Below, piece after piece: positions 41,801-53,800 of a stretch of DNA of 64,000 bases. The notes beneath the pieces were generated by a model, which saw nothing but the letters and a program-made list of their open reading frames with translations, ran no database searches and was not told the origin of the DNA. The stretch lies in NCBI GenBank assembly GCA_965112155.1, contig OZ218098.1; one strand, given 5' to 3'. The stretch comes from Podarcis liolepis (Eukaryota). Position numbers and translations under genes: made by a program. Every line of letters begins with the position of its first letter. Position 1 is the first letter of the stretch.

Positions 41801-44800
41801 CGGGTGCTGACAACCCACGCTACGCCACTGGGGATAAAAACAATGTCTTGAATCCAAGGACCACACAACTCTCCCTTTTTGCTGAACTGCAGAAAAAATG
41901 ACTGCAAGCTTATGGGTTCCTTCAGAGCAGCCTTTCTGGAGGCCTGGGGGCAATTGCACCAGAAGGAGAAAATCGGCAACCTCCCCAGCACAAGCAGAAC
42001 TACATTTCCCTCATACTGGAGATTGAAACTGTAGTGTTTGACAAAAATAAGAGGGAGGGGCAGAGAAAGGGGGGTGCGGGCCGCCCTGGGTGTCACCACT
42101 GAGGGAGGTGACAAAATGCCGGGTGGCACTCACCGGGGGGCCTGCAGCAGACCTAAGCCTTGTGTCTCTCCTGGGAGTGACATGGCGGCTTGGGCTTACA
42201 CAGGCTTTGCACTGCCCAAACGATCTGCCCACTGCCTCCCCCCAGCTGTAGGGTGGCAGAGTGGGAGGAGGCAGGCAGACTCTGGAGCCCCGCAGTGCGC
42301 CCCACCCCATGGGTGGCTCGTCCCACCCTCGCCCTGCCCCCATGGGTGGCTCGTCCCGCCCTTGCCCTGCCCCAATGGCCGGCTTGCTTTGCCCCAGACG
42401 CCTGAGCGGCTTCCTCCTCCGCAGGACGGGGGGGGGGTAAATGAATGCACAGCATCTTTTTCTAAAAAAGAGGCTGCGAGATCCAGGATAATAGCAGTTA
42501 CCAAGACAGGAAAAATATGTAAACTAGAGGAATCTGTGTATGTGTCAGTGATTGAAATAATTGTTGCAGCCCAATCTTAAGCTTGCATATTAAGACACAA
42601 GTTTGACTGTTTTTTTTTTACTGTGGGACTTCCTTCTCAGTAAGCAAGTTCATAATTGTTGCCTGATGCCCTAATTGTGTACTTAAAGCTGCAATCCTAA
42701 ACACACTTACTAGAGGGAAAGTCCTATTGAATTGAATGAGGCTTATACATGAGCCAACTTGCTTTGGGTTGCATTTGGTTTGGATCAATGGGTTAGCTTG
42801 TCTCCTGCTCCCAGCCTCTTAGCCTAAGACTTGCACTTGGACAGGCCAGGGAGGATCATACTGAAGCTGGTGAGATTTCTTAAATCTTTGAAGTTTAGAC
42901 AGACTGTAAGTAACGTAATAAGTGAAGTGTCATACAGAGAAATCTGTTTAATTATGGCTACTATCCCAGATGGTGTATCTCTAAATTTGTTTTACTCAAG
43001 AAAGTTGAACTCTGCTGTCTCATTTGGAAACTAGGAAAGCTACTATGTGCAGTGTTGTTTAAAAAATTTACCACCCTCATGTAAAATTCAGCTGAGCTGT
43101 CTGGCTTAAGCTAATTTGGTCTCACCGAATCAAATATAAGTGGGCTACAGATACATTTTTTTAAAGGATTTCTATTTCACACCATTATGTAATGTTTGCT
43201 GCGGCATACTTAAGAAGTCGGAGCATTCCTTTCTTGTTCTGTTTTTTTGTTCTAGGTTTCTGTTTTCGGAATTTGAAAATGTCTTCTTACACATGTCCCC
43301 CAATAATGTCTTCAGATCGTACTTGATTTGTGTATTGAATGTCTCTGAAAGGCTGGAAAGTGAATTTTCAGGTAATGTATATGTTGATAGTGGCATACAA
43401 TTTACAGTGATACCTCGGGTTACATATGCTTCAGATTACATACGCTTCAGGTTACACATGCTTCAGGTTACAGACTCCGCTAACCCAGAAATATTACCTT
43501 GGGTTAAGAACTTTTATTCAGGATGAGAACAGAAATCGCACGATGGCCGCACAGCAGCAGCAGGAGTCCCCATTAGCTAAAGTGGTGCTTCAGGTTAAGA
43601 ACAGTTTCAGGTTAAGTACAGACCTCCAGAATGAATTAAGTACTTAACTTGAGGTACCACTGTACTCGTTTTTGAAACTTCCCTTTATGGATGGCTGAAC
43701 ACTTTTATGTATGAACGTGCCATGGCTGGCTGTGTACACCCCATACATTCAAAGCTGATTATCCTCTGTAAGGATTCTGGAAACTGTAGTTTACTCCTAT
43801 AGAACTAGAATTCCCAGGACCTTTAATAAGCTACAGTTTCCAGGATTCTTGGGGGGGGGAGGAATGTGCTTTAAATGTATGGTGTGTAAGCAGCCTTGGA
43901 CTAGCTGTTATCCATAAGATGAACTCAATATATGTTCATTCATGTATGCATTTATGTATATGTGCAGAGAGGGAGGGAGGGGAGTGATAGGATTTCCATT
44001 TTTGTTTTTGCAAAAGCCGCAGTCTTGATTTTGGGGGTGTCTGCTCAATATCACCCTCCCCTATCTGCATTTCTACATGCAGGGAAATGGTGGTGGTGAA
44101 GATGATGATAGTTGGATCTTCATAGTCATCTTGGTAGCCTATAGGGCAAAAAAAGTACTAAGAATGCTTGAAATAAATAGACAGACAAGTAATTGTTTGG
44201 TTTTTCTGTACAGGAAATGCTGACCTTCCTCCAGGCTTCGCACAGCTGAAAAAGGTTATTCTCACTCCCCGTGATACTGACAAGAAAGATCTATCAGTTA
44301 CAGAGATCCTGATGCGAAGAGTGAGTAGGCTTATGATGCTGGCTGATTGCGTGGTATGATTGCGTGGGCTTGTAACAACTGTTATTAAGGCCTAGGTCTG
44401 CCCAACGTGAAAGTGTATTAAAAACCAGAAGACTACATTCCCTAGAGAAAAGCAGCTTTGGGAGGGGAAACCTAGCACAGAAATGGAGCAGGAATGCATC
44501 TCACCGTTCCTCACCTGCTGCTTCTCTTTTCCAAACCTCTCTTCCCCCCATTGCAAACATACATATAAAATGCAAATGGAGAAACTTTTCCAGCCCCCTT
44601 TATTTCTACACCCTCACACAGCCCTCTTTATCCTCCTTCCAGTCAAGCAGAAGGCATTATCTGGGTTCAAGGACATACTCAGGCAACACAACAAAAACAA
44701 AGACCACGCAAGGAGGGTGCAAAGCAGGGCTTCTGAGCCATGTTGTCTGTGGAGTGGAGGTGTAGTTGGTGAAGGGGCGTGGCATGAGGACAGTAGAGAG

Positions 44801-47800
44801 GCTGGAGGGCCACATTTGACTCCCTCCCCAGGTCTGAGGTCCCCTACTCTTAAAGCCAAACTTGGGAAGGTGGGAAGTGGTTTTGGCAGTGGCAGTTTAG
44901 AGCAACAAAGCGGCAGGTGGATAAGGGTTCATCGCTTCCCCCTTGGCTTCTCTGCTCCAGATTCCCATTCCAAAACTAGGGGAAAGCACCTATTGGACTC
45001 ACAGCTGTCCATGTGGACTCACAGCTGTCCATGGAAGCACAGGTCAAATCTGTGTCCAGGGCACCTGTTTACCAGCTCCATCTGGTACGTAGGCTGAGAC
45101 CCTATCTGCCTGCGGACTGTCTTGCCAGAGTGGTGCATGCTCTGGTTATCTCCTGCTTGGACTACTGCAATGCACTCTACGTGGGGCTACCTTTGAAGGT
45201 GACTCGGAAACTACAACTAATCCAGAATGCGGCAGCTAGACTGGTGACTGGGGGCGGCCGCCGAGACCACATAACACCGGTCTTGAAAGACCTACATTGG
45301 CTCCCAGTACGTTTCCGAGCACAATTCAAAGTGTTGGTGCTGACCTTTAAAGCCCTAAACGGCCTCGGTCCAGTATACCTGAAGGAGCGTCTCCACCCCC
45401 ATCATTCTACCCGGACGCTGAGGTCCAGCGCCGAGGGCCTTCTGGCGGTTCCCTCATTGCGAGAAGCAAAGCTACAGGGAACCAGGCAGAGGGCCTTCTC
45501 GGTAGTGGCACCCGCCCTGTGGAACGCCCTTCCAGCAGATGTCAAAGCGATAAACAACTACCTGACATTCAGAAGACATCTTAAGGTAGCCCTGTTCAGG
45601 GAAGTTTTTAACATGTGATATTTTACTGTATTTTTGGTTTTTATGGAAGCCGCCCAGAGTGGCTGGGGAGGCCCAGCCAGATGGGCGGGGTATAAATAAT
45701 AAATTATTATTATTATTATTGGGCCTCTGTCACATCCACTCACAAGTGCATATAACTTGCACTGCCATCATCACCTCACCAGTGAAACATTCTTTCTTCA
45801 CCAAATTGGCCGGATTTTCCTCATTGGTTTTTGTTTTTAAACCACTCATTTCTGAATAAGTTTTCTCTCTTGATTGTATTTGAAGCTAACTCACCTCCAA
45901 AACTTGACATCCCTCCTTTGTGACCCCGAGAGCACCCGGTCATTGCAGCAAACCTGCCAACTCCCTGGTGTTGGCTTTGCAGAGTTGTGTGATCAAAGTG
46001 AGCTCCACAAGAAGCTTCTTCGTGGTATAGAACTAAGTGATCGGATTGTGACCAATTTTATGAACCATAGCAGGGTGTCTAGAGAATTTCGAGACATAAT
46101 CATAGGGGATCCCGAGAAACTCCAGCAGCAAATAAACAGGTAAGGCCTTCTTCAAGGTAATTTGTAGCAGAATAATAAGCAGTGTATATTAGTTTGAAGT
46201 AACAAAGTATTTGGTGTGTTTTTTTAAGGTTACAAGAAAATGTGCCACAACTTAAATATATCCGTGATATCCCACAGTATATGGCATCTTTGGATTCTAT
46301 AATGAACATCACTCAGAATACAATACAGTCCAGGAAGCAAGGTAAGTTTTACATTCACTTGTTTGTTTCTTAGATTGAATTCCTTATTAAATTTAGTTGT
46401 CAGTATGAATCAAACCATTTTCATTGTGAAATTGTGGACAAGGCTTAGAATTTATACATATTTGTATAAAACTTAATTATATTCAACAAAGGCACAGAGA
46501 CTAGTTACAAAAGCTGTAACTGGTGATAATGTGACCTTCCTGTCTTTGCTATGCCGATTTATTGTCTTTAGTGGGATAAGAAGCTTGGTCTCTGTTCAGT
46601 CCTGAACAAACAGAATCAAACTTACTCATAAATTTCCTCCTGGAGTCTGGCTTCTGGGATGATGGTGACATTCAGATCAGCAACAGAGCATCCTGGAGAA
46701 TTCAGTGCTCCCTCACTAGTTTCTGAAAGGTGCAGATTTTATATCAAATTTGTATCCATTTAGTCCCTGTTTGTCCTTTGTAGACAACAGAAGGGCATTC
46801 ATGGCACGTGATGGATATATGATCATGTTGGAGGATGGATAGGTGAATGAGCCCCTGATGACACAGCTAATTTTATTCATTTCTGTAATAGTGTTGCCTG
46901 AGTGGCTATCCTATACTATTATGGACTAATAACATCAGCCATACCTTTAGGGTCTCATTTACTTGCTCGTTCTAATAATATAAGCCACACCATCCAGGGG
47001 CAAAATGAAGTAAGGAAGGAAAATATAGCATTAGTGATTAACTTATTGCTATCAGCTAGGACTGAAATAGCATTTAAATAGAAAAGTGGTGTTTCATCTA
47101 GTGAGGATTGGTAAAGAAGCAAATGGAATACATTGCTGATGGTAAAATAAACTCATTTGGTATGATTCAGAGAAGGAAGTGAAATTAGAAACACATTTAT
47201 GGGCAATTGGGGTTTATTGTTAGGCTTTTGAAATACAAGATTTGGCCAAAATGTAGCAGGTGAGATTACTGTATTGATTTTTATCAGGGGCTATGCTTTA
47301 TTAAGACAGTGTTATTTTAGGTTTATTATTTCAATGTGTATGGAAAATGTTTAAATACATAAAAGAGAAAAGAGGAGCTATTTGAATACTGAATGGCCTT
47401 GAAATCATACAGCCTCAGATCTCTCTGGGCACAGGAATACAAAATAGTAGAAAATAGGAATGATACCTTTGCATTTAAACGTACCACATGGTGACACTCT
47501 TGAGGCATGTTCCCTACATCTCCCTGAAGCTACTTTCAGTGCTCTGCATAAGCAATGTTTCCTGAAGACTGAAATATTTCATTTCGTTTTGTTTTCTGAT
47601 GTTTTAAAGACATGCTAATAGACCTTTTCAGAAACGTTGACCTCCTCAAAAATGATCTCAGAAATATGGTAGGAATGTCGGCAGAAAGTATCAATTCTTT
47701 GATGGAAATGCCTCTTCCAGAAAACAGAACACAGGCAAGTTTATTATGAATGATGCTGTCTACTTACCTGGCTTTCCACATGCGGGGGATAAGTGGTAAC

Positions 47801-50800
47801 ACAGGCGTGCAGCTCGTGTATACTTATGCATTATGGGATGTGGTTACATGATCCACATCAGCCAGTAGCTCATGTTTCTTTCTGATCTGTCCATTCATAA
47901 TGTATGTTCCGTCATAATTCTTTGTCAACAGTTTAGCTTATAGTGCATCTTGTTACAGATTCTGGGTGGACTTAATAGTGTGACAGCCTCTCCAGCGGGA
48001 GAAAATATGATGCTGAGACATATATAAAAAGTTCTTCATATGCTAGCTGCTACTAATTTAGAGGTGGTTGCTGAGGGAAAGGCTTATTAAGAGCATGACA
48101 GAACATGTGCATTATTCACAGCTGCCAGTAGAAAGCAAGGTGGCCCCCTCCTGTTTCTCCATATAACCTAAGTTAATAAAAGCCTATCCTATCCGTTAGG
48201 AGTTTGGGCAACAAAAACCGCTCGTGGCGTATATACAACTGCTCTCTTTTGCCTCTGTTAATCAGGTTGGGCAGCTTTTTGAGTTGTTGAAAATGTGTAA
48301 ACCTGTTTGACATTGGGGCAAAATAAATATGTAAGTACACCCCAGGAAACAAAACCTCTCCCAAAACACTTTCAAGTCAAAAACTAATATTTGTCTCCAG
48401 CCCTGAGCACTGCTGGACAGAGAGTTGTGATGGATTCAGTCACATCGGCTAGAGTCATAGACTCATACACCTGTAGAGTTGGAAAGGACCCCGGGGTCAT
48501 CTAGTCCAACCCCCTGCAATGCAGGAATCAATGCAGGAGTCCTTCAGCAACACTTTCGTGGGCTTAAGATGCAAAACAAGTCATGAATCTTAATAGTCCA
48601 AAGATCCTGAATCTTTTAACTTGTATTCTTGCATTCAGGAGGTTAAGGAAACTCCCAATTTGTTGTGTGAAGAATTGTATGTTGCTCCATCCTCTACTGG
48701 TGAGGGCCGAAAAAAGAGAGATGCTTAATTCATCCTCATTAGAAAGAGCTCACTATTTACAAACTTGCTTTTCCTCTGTGCCAATACAGCTGATTTTCTG
48801 GATACTCCAGCTGGAGTCCTGTGATACTAATGCAGCTGGTGCTGAGCTGGGAGTCGTAGCAAAGCAGTTCTGCAACCTGCCACTCACAGAAAGGGTCCAC
48901 AAGTCTTACGTTTTAGGGGTCACACTACTGCATTACCTGGATGTCTACAGTTTCATGTACAAGGTTTGTGTTGCGTTTGAATCTTAAAAATACCTCCCTA
49001 AATTTTCCAAGCTTGTTTGTATCAGTACAAGTCTTCTGCTTCTTTTGTTGCTTTGAACATAATAGGAAGGAAGTTCAGGAAATCAAGCAACCTGGTTTGT
49101 GTGCCCATGTGCAGCAATGGTGTCATGTCTGTGAGCAATGGATATTCATAGGTTGCTGTGCTCATCTCACTTTACAGGCTGAGGGAGCCGGCATTTGTCC
49201 ACTTCCACAGACAGTTTTCCTGGGTCATGGTGTGCTGCTGACAGCTGACTCCAAGCTTAATTCCCTCTCATTAATGATCGTTTCAGGAATGACGTGAGCC
49301 TGGGCTCTCCCACCATTATAAAAATAATCATGGTTGTAGCTGTGATGAGGTTCAGGGCAAGCTTTTCCTGAGCCTAGTTCACCTACCAGTGAAAATATCT
49401 AGCAGTGCAAAGGGTAAAGGAAGACAAATACAACCAAGCCATTGTCCCATCTTCCTTCTGCATGCAGTTCTTTATGGGGTCCCACCCGTGCACAATAACC
49501 TCAAACAATACCCTAAAGGAACCTATCTTCTAATTTTGCATTGCTCAAATCTTTCATATTGCTATTGCGAATACTAATCTGTTGCTGTGCTCCCATGTCG
49601 TATATTGTCACAGTCCACCCCAATCTCTGGGCAGTGCGAGGTTCCACGCGCTTAGGCAGGGTTCGGGTTCCCTTTTGAAAAAGAGGCACAGTGGAGATTG
49701 TGGTGTCTTTAGGATATATAGTTTCTTTACAGATATATACAACCTGAGCCTATGATAGAGGGCTTCACAGTCTTAGCACCCCAAAAGGGTCTTGTTCCTC
49801 CCATAGCCGCAGCCTTGGATTCAAGCAGAAATCAGCCATGGCTTTCTCCTTGCCTGTTCAGTTGCAGATTTGTCCTCTAGGTCACATCATAGCAAATTCT
49901 GCCCTCAAAACTCCACCCTCAAAGAAAGGGTGGAGGAGCTCCACGCATTTGCTATCTAGCATAGAATCCTTTTTCCTTTTGTTCTCTTAATGGCCCATCA
50001 CCCAGGCTGGCCTGGCTATTCTAGCAATTGAATCCAAGTATTAGAAGGGTCTCCATACTTCCTCCCACCCCAGCCCCTTGCAAACTGGTCTAGCACTCAT
50101 AACAATGTATTTTAAAATGTAGCCCATTGAAGAATATTTTTTTAACAGATGATTTTGTAGAATTTAATAAAGCAATGATTAACCTGAGTCCAACTCCAAA
50201 TTGCATTGAAGCACTCAAGAGTTATTACCTACTTGAAAACGTAATTGCTAAACTATGTTTAGCAATTGTATAATATTCCCTCTTCCCCTCTTCCTTGGCC
50301 CAATAAACCACTCTTTCCTTTGCTCTCTGCTTCCCTAGTCAGACCTGCAAAATCTCAGGCCTATCAAAAATTCCATATCCATTTTGTTCCACATGTATAT
50401 TGACTGCACTCCAAAAGGGACATTTTTATATGCCAATAAGAGCTCCGAACCAGAAGCCAAAGCCAGTTTTTCTCTATCACTGCAATAATGTGATGAGAGG
50501 TTACCAGGTTGCCAAAGGCTCACATCCTGGGATCTAATGGCGGGTGAGGAGAGAGATCTTAGTTTTGCCTGGTGGGGACAGAAGATGGCACCTGATGTCT
50601 CAGAGCCTTGCTGTGCTGGTAACCACAAGATGTACGTAGGGTGCAGGGCTACACCAATGCAAACACCCACAGTTTCTTTTTCAAGTTATACCAGTGGTTT
50701 ATTTTGGAGTAGCAAAGAGACAGCATTTAGGATGACGGGGAGAAGATCAGGTTTCTGGCAAGAGGCTCCTGTTATTTTGACTCTCCCCCTATTGTGCATG

Positions 50801-53800
50801 CTATTATATTCTGCAGAAAAGTGCAAATGGTCATCTTGCAAGACTTGAATGGCCTTGAAATTATTAATAGGATCAATAAGTCGCAGTTGGGGTAGGTTAA
50901 AATCCACAGCAGCCTACAGCAAATATGGCTTTGAAAAATGTATTTTGCTGTCCAAAGCTCTTAGCATGCAGCAACTTTTCCCTTCTCTCTTGTTTTACAA
51001 AAACACATTTAAACAATACATCTTCAAAATTGCACTGCCTCGCTTAAACCTAAAAAAAAAAATCTGATTTTTAAAAAACTTCTTTTCAACTGGGATAATA
51101 AAAAAGGCCACTCCCTGTTTTTTGTCTTAAGTTGCCTAAAAGCCATTCTAGGCAAAATCTAAATGATAAAACAGCCATGTTCAGTCATTTGCCTGAACTT
51201 GCAGTAAGTGGAAGCAGGGGCCCCACTTCCCACGCCCCACTTCCCATGTCCCCAGATGTGCAGGCTGCTCTTCAGATCTTTCTGTTAAGCGCTGAAGAGG
51301 GTTTTGAAGAGTATTTGATGGAACCTGTTTGATTGTCTTATCAGGGTTTCTCATTGCAGGAAATTTTCTATGCATGTTCAGTTTCACATACTTAACCAGC
51401 CCTCTAGATGCTTTTACTGTAATCTCACAAAGATCTGAAGAGCAGGGCTTGCCTTATTGCCCCCTTCCCCCACCCCATGACTAACAAAAAGAAATAAAGT
51501 GATTTTCAAATGCAGCGGAACAAATTGCATGCTGTATCTGGACTTTGGTGTCTTCTTCTTCTTCCTCATCTTCTCCTTGCCAGTGTTGATAATCTAGTCG
51601 GTGGTCCGTGCCTGGTGAAAAGGCACCAAGTAGGGCTGGTGTGGGTTTCCTCAAGAATGTAGCACTGTAGGAACTGTGTTTTACTTGCAGGTATATGTTG
51701 TTCAATCAATATGCTTTATCCATAAAGAATGAAAAGATGCTTGGGGCAGGATCTTGGCAAATCATGCCTGTTTTGAATACTTTCCTTCGTACTGAATTAT
51801 ACAAGTTCAACACTGAGCCAGTGTTGATTATTTTACAGACCTAGGAAATGCTAACATATTTGGGGTGGATCCACACACAGGAAAAAATAAGTCAGAAATT
51901 AAACAGTTATAACAAAAGAAAAAAACGCTATGTAAAAATCACATGGGAAAATTTATTTGTTCTCTGGCGCCATCAGGTGTTGCATGTTTATAATGCATTC
52001 AAAGCATATTTTTACTAATGAATACAATCGCAATTCAGCCAAAGTTAAGCAGTTTTAAGTCCTATTTATTTCAGCAGGAGAGGTTTAAAAGCATGTGCTC
52101 AATGCTCCCACTGGGATCATTAGGATCTAGACGTTCTCTGTTTTGATTTTGTACCTCACATGCTTAGTTTTGGTTATGATGTTCCTTTCTCTTTGCTATT
52201 CTAGGTGCTTTTCCCAATGGAACTTCAAACTTCTTTGGATAAAGTGCTGGCTCTTCTCAAGGATTTGGATCACATCAAGGAACAGGTTGCATCAGATGTC
52301 CGTCCACTCTTAGATGCAATTCATTCACTTAAAAAACTACGTCAGTCAAGAAATGTACCACTGTCCAAGGTTGGTTTTCTTTTTCAATAGGCAAAAGTCA
52401 AAAATTCATTCTAAATAACAAATACTGTTGTGAAAACTAGTTACTGGGGGAGTTTCCAGGAATGTTAGCAAACATAACTAAAGATCAACAAAACATATAT
52501 TATGTGTATAAATAGCAAATCATATGTTTTCCAGAAAGGGAAACCATGTTAGTTTGCTGCAGCCGAAACAATAGCCTTGTGGCACCTTAAAGACATAAGG
52601 ATTTATAACAGCATAAGGTTTGATTTCTGCTACAGCATACTTCTTTAGATGCATAACAGTGTTTTACCCTGAATACATTTTATGCATCTGATGCAGTTAC
52701 TGTAGTCCACAAAAGCTTATGCCATAATAAATTTACTGGTCTTTAAGGTGCCACAAAACTCTTTTTGTTGTTTTATGGTCTATTTTGGGGAAAGAATTCC
52801 AGGTAGGACTGTAGGAGCCATAATGAAGGTGTACAGTTGTATATCAGGTCTTTCTGGACTGTATTTAGCACTAAGGTATGTGCAAGATTTTACTGTTGTT
52901 GTTATTTTATTCATTATATTGATTTGTTTAGGTAGTTATTTAAAATAGATTTACCCCGCTCCCCAGCAATAATATTTTTTTGGAACTGGCTTTAACATGA
53001 ATTAAATAAAAATACATAACCATTTATGTATTTAAATACATAACCATTCTGCCACCAGAATGTGGCAGCTAGACTGGTGACTGGGAGTGGCCACTGAGAC
53101 CATATAACACTGGTCTTGAAAGACCTACATTGGCTCCCAGTACGTTTCCGAGCACAATCGAAGTGTTGGTGCTGACCTTTAAAGCCCTAAACAGCCTCAG
53201 CCCAGTATACCTGAAGGAGCATCTCCACCCCCATCGTTCTGCCCAGACACTGAGGTCCAGCACCGAGGGCCTTCTGGCGGTTCCCTCACTGCAAGAAGTG
53301 AGGTTACAGGGAACCAGACAGAGGGCCTTCTCAGTGGTGGTGCCCGCCATGTGGAATGCCCTCCCACCAGATGTCAAGGAAATAGACAACTACCTGACTT
53401 TTAGAAGACATCTGAAGGCAGTACTGATATCCATCTTGTTGTGACGGGGCAGGGGGGCTTTTCTGTTGTGACTCCATCTCCCCTGCGATATAGAGCAGGC
53501 GCCAACTGTGCTTTGCTTTCAGGGCTGGTCAAAACTTAGCTATTTTGCCAGGCTTTCACTGGCTATTTCCACCAACTTAACATGGTTTCCACTGATTTGC
53601 ACTATATTTTGATACATTCTAAATGATGTTTTATTGTGAGCCACCTTGAGATTTTTCTTAGTGAAAGGTGGTATAGAAAGTAGAAATTTATTTTTCTATA
53701 AAATTCTGAGATTTTTCTTTTTCCTGCCCATCCCCAAAGGAAGGTCATTTTAAAAAATTGTGACTGCCATTTCACTGTCACAATGTCCTGGAATGATGTC

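Noticed and set aside
41668-42580. Overlapping 100-180 aa ORFs in GC-rich intron 10
   Set aside because: Stop-poor GC-rich transposon sequence; no coding evidence.
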